This document shows, one piece after another, positions 1 to 9,731 of a stretch of 64,000 bases of DNA; position 1 is the stretch's first letter, and each line of letters opens with the position of its first letter. The stretch spans positions 182,304 through 246,303 of the forward strand of contig JBBTWE010000001.1 in NCBI GenBank assembly GCA_038062955.1, read 5' to 3'. A model generated the notes under the pieces. It was not told the DNA's origin, did not search any database, and was given only the letters and a program-made list of their open reading frames with translations. The DNA is from Patescibacteria group bacterium. GTDB taxonomy: Bacteria > Patescibacteriota > Minisyncoccia > Phycocordibacterales > BOKC01. A program made the position numbers and the translations under genes.

Positions 1-1795
1 CCCCAATTTTTTGGAGCTCTGTAGATAAGCTTTCGGTAGCTTTTTTTGCAGAAGCAATATCCGTTCCATCTTTTTCTTTTTTGAGGACGGTAATTTTTTC
101 TTCGATATTTTTCTTCAAATCTTCAGGGATTTTTCCTTCAGCGTCTTTAAGAGCTTTCTCGGCAGTGTATATAAGTTGTTCTGCGAGATTTCTGACCTCG
201 ATCATTTCTTTTTTCTTTTTATCTTCATCAGCGTGAAGCTCGGCCTCCTTTTTCATCTTCTCAATTTCTTCTGGAGAAAGTCCTGAACGAGCTTCAATTT
301 TTATCGATTGAACTTTGCCGGTTGTCTTTTCTTTGGCACTCACATTCAAAACCCCGTTTCGATCAATATCGAAAGTTACTTCCACTTGTGGCATTCCACG
401 TTGTGCTGGAGGAATTCCATCCAAAATAAATCTTCCCAAACTTTTATTATCAGAGGCCATCGGTCGTTCTCCTTGGACAATATGAATCTCTACTGATGTT
501 TGGTTATCAGCGGCAGTTGAGAACACTTGTGACTTCGAAGCCGGGATCGCCATATTTTTTTCAATAAGTTTTGTGGCAACACCACCCAAAGTTTCAATTC
601 CGAGCGAGAGCGGAATAACGTCGAGGAGCAGAACATCTTTGACGTCTCCAGAGAGCACTGCGCCTTGAATTGCCGCACCTAGTGCCACAACCTCATCAGG
701 ATTGATTGATTGATTTGGTACTTTACCAAAGAGCTCTTTCACTCTTTCAACAATTTTTGGCATTCTGGTTTGTCCTCCAACCAAAATCACTTCGTCAATC
801 TCTGACATTTTGAAAGGAGAAGCCTCAACAGCCCTTTTAGCAATCTCAATTGATTTGTCGATGAATTCTTTTGCCAAGTCTTCGAGAGAAGCTCGAGTCA
901 TTTTTATAAGAAGATGTCTTGGTCCGGAAGAATCCGAAGTGATGAAAGGAATGTTAACTTCCGTTTCAGTCGCGGTTGAAAGTTCGATTTTGGCTTTTTC
1001 TGCCGCCTCATCAAGTCTTTGAAGAGCAAGCTTGTCTTTTGTTATATCAATTCCCGATTCTTTCTTAAATTCACTTGCAAGCCACTTTATGATTTTCTGA
1101 TCGATGTCTTTTCCGCCCATGTGGCTATCTCCGTCAGTCGATTTAACTTCTATAGTTGATTCTGTCGCATCATCCCCTATCTCGAGTACTGAAATATCAA
1201 AAGTCCCACCTCCAAAATCGTAGACGGCGATTTTCTCGTTCTTTTTTTTGTCGAATCCGTAAGCGAGCGCAGCGGCTGTCGGTTCATTTATGATTCTCTT
1301 TACGTCGAGGCCTGCGATTTTTCCTGCCGCTTGAGTTGCTTTTCTTTGGTTATCATCAAAATATGCTGGAACAGTAATAACAGCTTCGGTAATTTTTTCT
1401 CCTAATTTTGCTTCAGCGTCAGCTTTGATTTTACTTAGAATCATGGCCGAAATTTCTTCAGCGCTATGATTTTTATTTCCCATCTTTACTTCTACTCCGC
1501 CGGTTTTGGATTCCACAATTTCATAAGGAACTGTTGCACGGTCTTTTTGCACCATTGGATCAGAAAAACTGTGACCAATAAATCTTTTTATGACAAAAAC
1601 AGTGTTAGTAGGATTCGTAACGGCCTGTCGTTTTGCAAGGAGTCCTACAAGTCTTTCTCCGGTTTTTGAGATTGCCACAATAGAAGGGGTGGTTCTCGCA
1701 CCTTCGCTGTTTTCCAGAATCTTTGGTGTGCCGGCTTCCATTATTGCCACCGCAGAGTTTGTTGTTCCTAGATCGATACCAATAATTTTAGACAT
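1..1795 (-). CDS. dnaK: molecular chaperone DnaK (Hsp70); N-terminal ~598 aa, C-terminus runs off the window start
   Basis: minus-strand ATG at 1793-1795 gives [22 protein letters not shown]..., with DLGGGTFD and Hsp70 ATPase and substrate-binding motifs; it follows grpE. Confidence 0.95.
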   Translation of the reverse strand, partial: MSKIIGIDLGTTNSAVAIMEAGTPKILENSEGARTTPSIVAISKTGERLVGLLAKRQAVTNPTNTVFVIKRFIGHSFSDPMVQKDRATVPYEIVESKTGGVEVKMGNKNHSAEEISAMILSKIKADAEAKLGEKITEAVITVPAYFDDNQRKATQAAGKIAGLDVKRIINEPTAAALAYGFDKKKNEKIAVYDFGGGTFDISVLEIGDDATESTIEVKSTDGDSHMGGKDIDQKIIKWLASEFKKESGIDITKDKLALQRLDEAAEKAKIELSTATETEVNIPFITSDSSGPRHLLIKMTRASLEDLAKEFIDKSIEIAKRAVEASPFKMSEIDEVILVGGQTRMPKIVERVKELFGKVPNQSINPDEVVALGAAIQGAVLSGDVKDVLLLDVIPLSLGIETLGGVATKLIEKNMAIPASKSQVFSTAADNQTSVEIHIVQGERPMASDNKSLGRFILDGIPPAQRGMPQVEVTFDIDRNGVLNVSAKEKTTGKVQSIKIEARSGLSPEEIEKMKKEAELHADEDKKKKEMIEVRNLAEQLIYTAEKALKDAEGKIPEDLKKNIEEKITVLKKEKDGTDIASAKKATESLSTELQKIG

Positions 1796-1835
1796 AGTGT
1801 TTATAAATTCCATATTTGGCGCATACCTTTGTTAC

Positions 1836-1925
1836 TTCGCTCCGAGCCTCCCTCACCGTATTAGTACATACGGCTCGGTACGGTTCTCGCTCGCGCCTCG
1901 GTCTGCATCCAAATCTGAAATTTCT
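1836..1925. other. GC-rich nested-hairpin element in the grpE-dnaK spacer
   Basis: ccgagcc-tccctca-ccgta-ttagtaca-tacgg-ctcgg nested stems; no CIRCE (TTAGCACTC-N9-GAGTGCTAA) present. Confidence 0.4.
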
Positions 1926-2004
1926 AAGTTTATTTTTTATAGTTATAAGGTTATTTTGTTATTTTATATTATTGCGTTCGGTTAAATCAAGTCCATTGTT
2001 TTAT

Positions 2005-2042
2005 TCTTGAATCCTGAATCCTGAATCTTGTTTCTTGAATCT
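2005..2042. repeat. short tandem heptamer repeat (GATTCAG/GATTCAA)n just downstream of grpE
   Basis: cttgaatcctgaatcctgaatcttgtttcttgaatct. Confidence 0.5.
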
Positions 2043-2043
2043 A

Positions 2044-2643
2044 TTAATCTTTGTACTCAAAGATCTTCACCTTTGCTGGTCGGATAGGTCGCTCATACAG
2101 AGTATATCCTTTTTGTGTTACGGAAATAATCTTGTGATCTTCCTCTTTTTTTGTTGTTGGAGTCGTTTCTAAGATTTCGTGCATTTCTGAATTAAACACT
2201 TGACCCTCGGGTGATAATTGTTTAACTCCAGCGCCCTCAAGTGTCCGGAGAAGCTGTGAATATATATGCTCTATGCCAAGACGCCAATTCTTTGAAACAC
2301 TCTCCCATGCTTCTTTGTTTGAAAAGGCCATATCGAAGCTATCTAAAACAGGAATGATATCGAGGATTAAATTTTGATTGGCGAATTTGATGATTTGTTT
2401 GGTGTCTTCTGAATTCTTTCTTGTTGTATTTACAAAATCTGCTTTTACTCGGTGTAAATCATCCAGATACTTATTTTTTACAGCCTCTGCTTCTTTTAAC
2501 TTTTCCCGAAGCTTAGCGATTGTTTTTTTGGGATCCGAAGCGAGAGAACCTTCTTCTGTTTCTTCAAACGAAACATCATCAACCTTTGTTTCTTCTTCGT
2601 TTAATTTATTTTCTTTGTTTTTTTCTTCCATAAGTAAAACCAT
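2044..2643 (-). CDS. grpE: nucleotide exchange factor GrpE
   Basis: 199 aa with acidic N-terminus, coiled coil and GrpE C-terminal motifs; sits immediately upstream of dnaK. Confidence 0.85.
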   Translation of the reverse strand: MVLLMEEKNKENKLNEEETKVDDVSFEETEEGSLASDPKKTIAKLREKLKEAEAVKNKYLDDLHRVKADFVNTTRKNSEDTKQIIKFANQNLILDIIPVLDSFDMAFSNKEAWESVSKNWRLGIEHIYSQLLRTLEGAGVKQLSPEGQVFNSEMHEILETTPTTKKEEDHKIISVTQKGYTLYERPIRPAKVKIFEYKD

Positions 2644-2790
2644 TATAGCACATAATTAAACTTAACAAAAGCAGAAATAGCAAATGCATAGTTTCTTTAT
2701 AAAATTAACGAAAATAAAAAAAGGCACCGTCGTGAGAACGGTGCCAGTTGTGACAACACTTGAGAGGTGGCTGTCTAACCTTCGAGCGAA

Positions 2791-3339
2791 CTATCGCTCG
2801 AGATCGAAGTACTTGGCGGGAGCAAGCGAGATGTACTCGAGACCGAAATCATCGGGATGCTTAACGCCCACCTCCATGTCGTAGCCGTGTCCGATGCTGA
2901 CCACAACGTGCGGCTCGCCTTCCCATTCCACGATGAGCGGGTAGCAGATTTCCTTACCTCGCAGTTGGTCCAAGATCTTCTCTGGTGGAGGAGGAGATCC
3001 GCAACTGGGATCGAATCTGATGACCGGAATCTTGAAGGTTGATTCCAGATCGAGAATGTTCCACCAGAACCGTGAATCGTATTCGGCAGCATCCTCATAC
3101 TCCTTTGCAGACTTCTCGCGAGCGAGCTTCTCGATGAGAGTCCTCGGCACACGCCACGGGCTATCCACAATCACCTGGGCGAGCTTCGTGACGATGTCCT
3201 TGCCCCGCTCGCTGGTGAGGAAGTGAAGCATCTCTTCGAAGCCTCCCAACCTCACGATCTCGTTCACGAGAGCCTGAATGAAGACCATCGCCATGCCGAG
3301 ACCCGACACGAGCGACGACGACGAATTCTTGCTTGCCAT
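2791..3339 (-). CDS. hypothetical protein (GC-rich island A ORFan)
   Basis: 182-aa ORF in a clearly GC-richer block; it has an upstream TTGACT-N16-TACACT promoter-like motif and a downstream hairpin plus T7 terminator at 2714-2746. Confidence 0.55.
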   Translation of the reverse strand: MASKNSSSSLVSGLGMAMVFIQALVNEIVRLGGFEEMLHFLTSERGKDIVTKLAQVIVDSPWRVPRTLIEKLAREKSAKEYEDAAEYDSRFWWNILDLESTFKIPVIRFDPSCGSPPPPEKILDQLRGKEICYPLIVEWEGEPHVVVSIGHGYDMEVGVKHPDDFGLEYISLAPAKYFDLER

Positions 3340-3475
3340 GACGGCTACTACTCCTCTTCAGATCCATGACTTATCCATCCTGTTCACAAAATGCGAACGC
3401 TCGGACTTGCCTAGAATCTTCTGGCTACTAGTGTAACATAAGACAGATAAAAGTCAAGACTAGTTAATCGGGATA

Positions 3476-3506
3476 CTAAAAAAGCCCTTGATAAGGGCTT
3501 TTTTGG
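3476..3506. terminator. bidirectional intrinsic terminator downstream of rpsI
   Basis: aaaaaagcccttgataagggctttttt. Confidence 0.7.
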
Positions 3507-3531
3507 GTTGAAATTTCCTTCCAAACACTCT

Positions 3532-3981
3532 TTATCGTTTAGACCATTGAGGGGCCTTGCGGGCCTTCTTGAGACCGAATTTTCTTCTTTCTTTTGCTCT
3601 AGGATCACGTTTGATAAATCCAGCTTGTTTAAGTTTCTTTCGTAGTTCAGAGTCAAATATCATTAATGCTCTTGAAATTCCGTGACGCATTGCGCCAGCT
3701 TGAGAACTGATACCACCTCCTTTTAAAAGTACTGTAACTTTAAATTTCTTAGTTACTTTTGATTTGACCATCGGTTCTTTGACGGTCATGCGCAAAGTTT
3801 CTGTTGGAAAATAAGCTTCGATATCTTTATCGTTTATTGTAAAAGAATTTTTTGGAGCTTCAAACATTCTGACTCTGGCGATAGAAGTCTTTCTTCGTCC
3901 GACAGCTTCAAAATAAGTCTCTTTGCTAGACTTTTTTTCTTCCGTTTTTTCTGTTTTTGCTTTAACTATCATATGTTTCAA
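3532..3981 (-). CDS. rpsI: 30S ribosomal protein S9
   Basis: C-terminus ...GGGISSQAGAMRHGISRAL...RKFGLKKARKAPQWSKR. Confidence 0.95.
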   Translation of the reverse strand: MKHMIVKAKTEKTEEKKSSKETYFEAVGRRKTSIARVRMFEAPKNSFTINDKDIEAYFPTETLRMTVKEPMVKSKVTKKFKVTVLLKGGGISSQAGAMRHGISRALMIFDSELRKKLKQAGFIKRDPRAKERRKFGLKKARKAPQWSKR

Positions 3982-3998
3982 TCTTATATTTTTTTATT

Positions 3999-4019
3999 CC
4001 CTGCCTGCCGGCAGGCAGG
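3999..4019. repeat. perfect GC palindrome cctgcctgccggcaggcagg (a family; other copies at 35143-35162, and degenerate at 7980-8000, 11003-11021, 44331-44351)
   Basis: identical 20-bp palindrome twice, each followed by ttgRatct; the copies at 35143 and 44331 sit 16-40 bp upstream of tRNA-Ala 5' ends. Confidence 0.7.
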
Positions 4020-4032
4020 TTGGATCTTGAAT

Positions 4033-4377
4033 CTACTCGCTCACTTCTAAATTTTTTATCATTTTTGCTCGAAGTTTATTTTTTGGAAGCATTCCGTAAA
4101 CAGCAGTTTTAAGAACATCTTTGTATCCTTTTCTGTTGACCACATTGTCCATTCCTTCAGTTCTGATACCGCCAGGGTAGCCAGTGTATCTCACATACTT
4201 TTTTGTGGTGAGCTTTTTCTCATCAATATCCATTTTTGAAGCATTGGTAACAGTAACTTCGGCATCGGCAATTCTTTCTCTCCTGAATTCTGGTGTATTT
4301 TTGCCCATCAAAATAACTGCGATTTCTGTCGCGAGTCTTCCGAGTTTTTTATTTTTTGCGTCAATTGTGTATTTCAT
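4033..4377 (-). CDS. rplM: 50S ribosomal protein L13
   Basis: MKYTIDAKNKKLGRLATEIAVILMGKNTPEF... L13 signature; sits upstream of rpsI as in the canonical operon. Confidence 0.9.
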   Translation of the reverse strand: MKYTIDAKNKKLGRLATEIAVILMGKNTPEFRRERIADAEVTVTNASKMDIDEKKLTTKKYVRYTGYPGGIRTEGMDNVVNRKGYKDVLKTAVYGMLPKNKLRAKMIKNLEVSE

Positions 4378-4450
4378 CTTCTTTGTTCGAGGTGTTATCT
4401 TACTTGTTCTTCCTCTTTACGTCAATTCTTTACCTAATTTCTAGCTCTAT

Positions 4451-4798
4451 CTACACCATTTCTATCACAGCTATCTTACTTCCATCACTTACTCTCCTTG
4501 GTACCTTGGTAATTCGGAGGTACCCGCCCTTCCTCTCTTTGTATTTTGGACCAATAACTTCCATAAGTTTCTTTGCTCCATCCATGCCGATCTTGCTAAT
4601 TAGAAGTTTTCTTGAAGAAAGTGTTCCAATCTTAGATTGAGTTATGAGTTTCTCTACATATGGTCGTAAGGACTTTGCTTTGGCTTCAGTGGTTTTTATT
4701 CTTTCTTTCAAAACCAAAGAACGAGCGAGTCCTGCAAGCAAGGCTCTTCGCTGGTTTCTTTCCCTATTAAATTTTCTAAGTTTATTTCCGTGTATCAT
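4451..4798 (-). CDS. rplQ: 50S ribosomal protein L17
   Basis: MIHGNKLRKFNRERNQRRALLAGLARSLV...GGYLRITK. Confidence 0.9.
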   Translation of the reverse strand: MIHGNKLRKFNRERNQRRALLAGLARSLVLKERIKTTEAKAKSLRPYVEKLITQSKIGTLSSRKLLISKIGMDGAKKLMEVIGPKYKERKGGYLRITKVPRRVSDGSKIAVIEMV

Positions 4799-4872
4799 AT
4801 TTTAGTTAATTAGGTGTTTAGAGGGATTAGAGGAATTAGGAAATCCTAATCACTCTAAATCTTCTAATTTCT

Positions 4873-5847
4873 CTATTCTACTAGGGTGATGCCGTACTTA
4901 CCCAATGCTTTTTTTATCTCTCCAATTCCCTTGTTTCCCAATCCGTTAATTTCTAGAAGATCGCTTTCTTTTTTAAGAGCTAATCCTCCCAAGGTTCTTA
5001 TGTTTTCTCCAGAAAGGGCATTCATTGTTCGGGTGGAAAGATTTAAAGATTCAATTCTGGTCTTCAAAGCATCATTATCAACTACAGTCTCCTTTTCTTC
5101 TTCCACTTTTTTGCTCTTTTTCTTGTCTTCCACAGCACTTTCTTCTTTTGCCTCCTTTTGGAAACCAACTATAGAATTAAGTTGGTTTATCATTATCTCG
5201 ATAGATTTCTCGAGAGATTCTTTAGGAGTTATTGTTCCATCAGTTTCGATAAAAATTCGAAGTCTGTTGAAGTCCGTTCTATCGCCGACTCGCATATTTT
5301 CAACCTCATAATTTACTCTTCGAATTGGAGCAAATATTGCGTCTAAGGCAATTGTGCCAATATCCACTTTATCTTTTTGAAGCACTTCTTTTGAAACGTA
5401 GCCCAATCCTCTTTCGATGCTCATTTCAATATCAAGGACGGTGTTTTTGCCGGTAACTGTAGCTATCGCTAGATCAGGATTTGTTATCTGTAATTGGCCT
5501 GGGAGCTTTATATCCGAAGCTTTTACTTCTTGAGGACCTTTTACTTTGAGTCTGATTGTTTGAGGTTCGTCAGTGAGTGCCTTTATTCTAATCTTTTTTA
5601 AGTTGAGAATAATTGTTATAACATCTTCTTTTACACCCTCCATTGTTGAAAACTCGTGGTTAACCCCCGCAATTTTGACTGAAGTTATAGCAACACCAGG
5701 CAAAGAAGACAAAATAATCCTTCTTAGTGAATTTCCCAAAGTGTGTCCATATCCAGGATATAGACCATCAATCTCGTAAGATGCTGAAAAACCATCTTCT
5801 GATATAACCTTTGGTTTTGTTGGTAAAACTATGTCGTGATAAATCAT
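4873..5847 (-). CDS. rpoA: DNA-directed RNA polymerase subunit alpha
   Basis: 324 aa with LYPGYGHTLGNSLRRILLSSLPG motif; the C-terminal domain has the helix-hairpin-helix. Confidence 0.95.
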   Translation of the reverse strand: MIYHDIVLPTKPKVISEDGFSASYEIDGLYPGYGHTLGNSLRRIILSSLPGVAITSVKIAGVNHEFSTMEGVKEDVITIILNLKKIRIKALTDEPQTIRLKVKGPQEVKASDIKLPGQLQITNPDLAIATVTGKNTVLDIEMSIERGLGYVSKEVLQKDKVDIGTIALDAIFAPIRRVNYEVENMRVGDRTDFNRLRIFIETDGTITPKESLEKSIEIMINQLNSIVGFQKEAKEESAVEDKKKSKKVEEEKETVVDNDALKTRIESLNLSTRTMNALSGENIRTLGGLALKKESDLLEINGLGNKGIGEIKKALGKYGITLVE

Positions 5848-5877
5848 ATCTATAAATTTATAAAATATTAAAATTTT

Positions 5878-6498
5878 TTATCTACTATAAAATTCTAGCA
5901 CCACGTCCAGATCATAAAGCACATTATTCATTTTTTCTAAAGTCGGCACACTCAAAAAAGCACCTTCTTTTTTCTCACTATTAAATTTTATCCAATGTGG
6001 CAGAGTTATGCCTTTAAGTCTTTCGTCTAGAGTTTTGAAAAGTCCTTTCTTTTGGCTTCCAATTCTTATACCAATCTTTTCTCCGATTTTCACACTATAT
6101 GAAGGGATGGTCATCTTTCGGCCATCTATTGTGATGTGTCCATGGGACACGAATTGTCTAGCGGCGGAACGAGTTCCCGCAAAACCAAGTCTAAAGATCG
6201 CGCTATCGAGACGGCTTTCAAGGAGGCTAAATAGAAAATCAGATTTGTTTTTGTTTTGAGATTCTAACGCTTTTTTTACATAATTTGAAAATTGCTTTTC
6301 GCTCAAAAGATAAGTGTATCTTGCTTTCTGCTTCTCTTTCATTTGAATACCATAGTCTGTGACTTGAGACATATGTTTCTTTGTCGAACGAGCGTTGGCT
6401 TTTCTGGCAAGGGATAGGGTATATTTTTGAGTTTGGGTTTTCTCAAAAACTGGAGCTCCTAATCTTCTTGCTATTTTGTATTTTGGACCTATCTTCAT
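5878..6498 (-). CDS. rpsD: 30S ribosomal protein S4
   Basis: MKIGPKYKIARRLGAPVFEKTQ... with S4 domain. Confidence 0.95.
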   Translation of the reverse strand: MKIGPKYKIARRLGAPVFEKTQTQKYTLSLARKANARSTKKHMSQVTDYGIQMKEKQKARYTYLLSEKQFSNYVKKALESQNKNKSDFLFSLLESRLDSAIFRLGFAGTRSAARQFVSHGHITIDGRKMTIPSYSVKIGEKIGIRIGSQKKGLFKTLDERLKGITLPHWIKFNSEKKEGAFLSVPTLEKMNNVLYDLDVVLEFYSR

Positions 6499-6598
6499 AG
6501 ATTTAAGATTTACGATTTAAGATGTATGATTTCAATTAATTTGATGATACAGGAAGTGATTTAAAATCTTAAATCTTACATCCTATATCTGAAATTGT

Positions 6599-7030
6599 TT
6601 AAACTCTTCTTGGTTTGGGAGCCTTTGGACCATTGTGCGGAATTGGTGTTTTATCTTTTATGAAACTCAAATTTATACCACGCGCAACAAATCCTCTTAT
6701 AGCAGACTCACGTCCTGAACCGACACCCTTTACGATTACTCCGACCTCTTTGATTCCCATTCCTTGAGCTTTTAAGGCCAAAGTTTCTCCAATTTTTGCT
6801 GCCGCAAACGGTGTACCTTTCTTGGCTCCTTTAAAACCTAATGCCCCGCTTGAAGATGCACAAAGAAGATTGCCTTTTCCGTCAGTTAAGGCCAATTTGG
6901 TGTTGTTGTATGTAGATTGAACATGAAGAATTCCGTAATCAACGTTTTTCTTTGAAACGCTAATTTCCTTGGTTGCTACACCGTTTTTTTCTTCAGTATC
7001 TGATTTTTTTACTATTCTTTTTTTACCCAT
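6599..7030 (-). CDS. rpsK: 30S ribosomal protein S11
   Basis: ...LALTDGKGNLLCASSSGALGFKGAKKGTPFAA... Confidence 0.95.
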   Translation of the reverse strand: MGKKRIVKKSDTEEKNGVATKEISVSKKNVDYGILHVQSTYNNTKLALTDGKGNLLCASSSGALGFKGAKKGTPFAAAKIGETLALKAQGMGIKEVGVIVKGVGSGRESAIRGFVARGINLSFIKDKTPIPHNGPKAPKPRRV

Positions 7031-7105
7031 AAAATAAATTTAAGATTTCTGATTTCAGATATGAGATTTAAAATCATAAATCATATATCTGAAATCTTAG
7101 ATTAC
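7031..7105. repeat. AT-rich imperfect palindrome of the TAAGATTTATGATTT / AAATCATATATCTGAAATCTTAGATTA family (other copies 6499-6598, 7487-7505, 7623-7692, 10955-10993, 53365-53420, 54440-54478)
   Basis: repeated motif in most intergenic spacers of the ribosomal-protein cluster and a few other spacers; forms long AU hairpins in the polycistronic transcript. Confidence 0.65.
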
Positions 7106-7486
7106 TTACTTCTTATCTACTGCTCTTTTTCCGCTACCCATGGTCTTTCTGACGTTTCCTCTTCTGGTTCTGGAATTGGTTTTTGTCCTCTGCCCTCTTA
7201 CTGGTAAACTTTTCATGTGTCGAAGTCCTCTGTAAGCCTTTATGTCTTTGAGTCTCTTTATGTTACCGGCCACCTCTCTTTTTAAGTCCCCTTCCAATTT
7301 GTAAATCTCAATAGATTTTCTTATTTTATTTTCTTCTTCTCCAGTCAGTTCTTTAGATTTTTTTCCGAAGTCCACTCCAGCTTCTTTTAAAACCTTTTGG
7401 GCGCGAGCGCGGCCAATACCATAAACAGCCGTCAAGCCGATTTCAAGTCTTTTTTCATCTGGGATGTTGATGCCTAGTATTCTCAT
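7106..7486 (-). CDS. rpsM: 30S ribosomal protein S13
   Basis: MRILGINIPDEKRLEIGLTAVYGIGRARAQKVL... Confidence 0.95.
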   Translation of the reverse strand: MRILGINIPDEKRLEIGLTAVYGIGRARAQKVLKEAGVDFGKKSKELTGEEENKIRKSIEIYKLEGDLKREVAGNIKRLKDIKAYRGLRHMKSLPVRGQRTKTNSRTRRGNVRKTMGSGKRAVDKK

Positions 7487-7505
7487 TGAATTTAAGATTT
7501 ATGAT

Positions 7506-7622
7506 TTATCCTTGTCTTTGTTTGTGTCTGGGATTACTTTTGCAAATCACATGAACACGCCCACGACGCCTTACCGTTTGGCATTTAGGACATATTTTTT
7601 TTACTGCGGCTCTGACCTTCAT
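7506..7622 (-). CDS. rpmJ: 50S ribosomal protein L36
   Basis: manual translation gives [38 protein letters not shown] (38 aa); it is below the 60-aa ORF-track cutoff; it lies between infA and rpsM as expected. Confidence 0.9.
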   Translation of the reverse strand: MKVRAAVKKICPKCQTVRRRGRVHVICKSNPRHKQRQG

Positions 7623-7692
7623 ATGATTTAAGATTTATGATTTACGATATAAGATTTAAATCTCAAATCATATATCTAAAATCTTAGATTAT

Positions 7693-7911
7693 TTAAACTC
7701 TTTTAATTATTCTTCCTTTACCACCATAAGGCTCAAGCTCAACGATAACCTTGTCTCCAACCAACACCTTTATTCGGTAAAGCCTCATTTTACCTGATAA
7801 ATAGGCCAGCAATTCTTCTTTCTGGTTATCAATTTTGAGTTTAAATAAAGTATTAGGCAAAGCCTCAACTACAATGCCGTTAACGCTTTCTTTTGCCTTT
7901 TGGGTGGTCAT
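7693..7911 (-). CDS. infA: translation initiation factor IF-1
   Basis: ...AKESVNGIVVEALPNTLFKLKIDNQKEELLAYLSGKMRLYRIKVLVGDKVIVELEPYGGKGRIIKRV; the start is probably the internal ATG at 7911, not the ORF-track start at 7947. Confidence 0.9.
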   Translation of the reverse strand: MTTQKAKESVNGIVVEALPNTLFKLKIDNQKEELLAYLSGKMRLYRIKVLVGDKVIVELEPYGGKGRIIKRV

Positions 7912-7968
7912 TAACTTTTTAAAAACAAGTGCTAGCCATACTAACAAAAAAAGCCCTAATTAGTCAAC

Positions 7969-8053
7969 CCCGTAGTACCTACCTACCGGCAAGGCAAGGA
8001 TTTTGGCATAGCAACTTCGTTGCGGGAGCAACAATGCCAAAATTCACTACGGG
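7969..8053. mobile_element. MITE-like element copy 1 (85 bp; CCCGTAGT / ACTACGGG terminal inverted repeats; 6-bp target-site duplication GTCAAC at 7963-7968 and 8054-8059)
   Basis: inverted termini plus exact flanking direct repeat; the target-site duplication overlaps the -35-like TTGAC of the infA promoter; internal ccTaccggcaaggcaagg palindrome. Confidence 0.7.
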
Positions 8054-8086
8054 GTCAACCCAAATCCTGCGGGATCAAATTATATT

Positions 8087-9373
8087 CTAATTTGCCCCTG
8101 AAGATTTTTCTATCTTTATATTTTCTGGTTTTTTTGGAAAATTTCTTTTCCAAAATGGTTTAATTGAAGAAACAGCTTCTTGTATTGCGCCAAAATTAGA
8201 AAGAATTAGGGTTAATTCAGATTTTGAATGACCAGCTATTGCCGTCTTTAATGCTTCCTCGTCCAGATTCCATATAAGTCTTGCTTTGCCTTTTAATTTA
8301 AAATCAAAAGATTTTAAATTTTGCATATCTTTTATTTCTTCAAACTCAAAAGTTAGAGTTTCAATATTGGAAACTGTTATATCTTCTTCTGGGGTTTCTG
8401 AAACTTTTCCGATGATTGCTTTTTCTATAGATTTTCGGCTTAGAATTATTCCTGAAGCTGTTATTTTTTCTCGAACCTCAACTAAGTTCCCTGTATTTTT
8501 TTGTGGTAAAGATTCAAAATTAGTTTTCAAACTTTGTGGAATTAAAATAAAGTTTTCTGGCACTTCAGTAATAACACTGTCTCTGATTGTTGAACTCAAA
8601 GAATTTTGAAGCTCGAGAGTGGCGCTTCCTAGTGCTTTTTCATCAACCACTTTAACTTTTCCGATCAGACCACCAGTCATTGGTGTAGATGATCTTGCAA
8701 AAATGGTACTAAATTGTGGTTTTCCTTTAAAGCCTGGAACTGTAAAATCAGTTAAGGCAACATTGTATTCTTCTCCAGGGAAATCGGCGTAAACCTTCAC
8801 TTTTAATTGTCCTGGGATCACCTCTCCTTCTTTTTTAGTAAAGCCCGGTACTGTGATTGATTCTCTAATTCTATAAATCAAGCCTAAAGGAGTTTCAAAT
8901 CGTGTATTTGTGATTAAAGTTTGTGGTTTTTCACTGTATTTATTGAATATAACAATCTCCCCGCTGGCTTTTCTTTCTACTTCTTCCTCTCCAGACGCAG
9001 TTAATTCTTTGCTCAATTCTTTTGAAACACTAATTATTTCAAAAGGAATACCAGTTTTGGTGCTAACCTTGCTTCCTGTAAAAGTTCCATCAAAATCATG
9101 CGTCGCTTCTTTTATTGTAACTTTGATAAGAGCGCTGTTTACAGTGAATGACCACAGGACAAAGAATAATAAAATAAATCCTATGATCCAAAGGACTGGC
9201 CGCATTTTTTTCTTTCGTGGCATTTCCGGCAAAATATCTTCTTCCGGAGTATCTTCTGTCACTTCTTCAATCTGTCGTATAGGAACTCGTTTTGAAGATA
9301 ACGGTATATTTCTTATGCTCCGATTTTCTGGCGGCAGAATATCTCTCACTACTTGTTTAGAGTTATTGTTCAT
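8087..9373 (-). CDS. hypothetical membrane-anchored protein (single N-terminal TM, large extracytoplasmic part)
   Basis: 428-aa ORF with the hydrophobic stretch VLWIIGFILLFFVLWSF; no recognisable catalytic motif. Confidence 0.6.
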   Translation of the reverse strand: MNNNSKQVVRDILPPENRSIRNIPLSSKRVPIRQIEEVTEDTPEEDILPEMPRKKKMRPVLWIIGFILLFFVLWSFTVNSALIKVTIKEATHDFDGTFTGSKVSTKTGIPFEIISVSKELSKELTASGEEEVERKASGEIVIFNKYSEKPQTLITNTRFETPLGLIYRIRESITVPGFTKKEGEVIPGQLKVKVYADFPGEEYNVALTDFTVPGFKGKPQFSTIFARSSTPMTGGLIGKVKVVDEKALGSATLELQNSLSSTIRDSVITEVPENFILIPQSLKTNFESLPQKNTGNLVEVREKITASGIILSRKSIEKAIIGKVSETPEEDITVSNIETLTFEFEEIKDMQNLKSFDFKLKGKARLIWNLDEEALKTAIAGHSKSELTLILSNFGAIQEAVSSIKPFWKRNFPKKPENIKIEKSSGAN

Positions 9374-9452
9374 TAGCCTTATTTTATAAGATTAAACACT
9401 TTTTGTGAAGCTCTTCTCCGGAGTGGATAACTATTTAAATAGTTAAATAGTT

Positions 9453-9671
9453 TTATAATTTTTCGATTTCTTTTAAATCTCCATCTGGTAGATATAAAAT
9501 AATTAACCCGATAAAGATTCCTCCAACAGCGGTCCAAATATGACTGCTGTTAAAAATCAATATATCGAACTCATCTAACACATACCAAATTCCGCGCCAA
9601 ATCAAAACCAAACCAATGACGATAGAGATATCTTTGGCGAGAGATCGAATAGTCACTTTATTTTCTGGCAT
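9453..9671 (-). CDS. small hypothetical membrane protein
   Basis: 72 aa with two predicted TM helices. Confidence 0.4.
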   Translation of the reverse strand: MPENKVTIRSLAKDISIVIGLVLIWRGIWYVLDEFDILIFNSSHIWTAVGGIFIGLIILYLPDGDLKEIEKL

Positions 9672-9731
9672 AATATTTGCGAATTAATTATTAATTATTT
9701 AATTGGCTTGTTGTGTGTTTCCTACACAATT

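Noticed and set aside
1590-1985. Plus-strand ORFs inside dnaK, and similarly the plus ORFs inside rpoA, alaS, leuS, ppsA and others
   Set aside because: They are antisense to long, well-conserved minus-strand genes; shadow ORFs.
3161-3367. 68-aa ORF overlapping the start of the island A gene in another frame
   Set aside because: The 182-aa frame is much longer and continuous; the short one is a GC-rich-region artefact. The exact start of the 182-aa gene remains uncertain because the ribosome-binding-site spacing is long.
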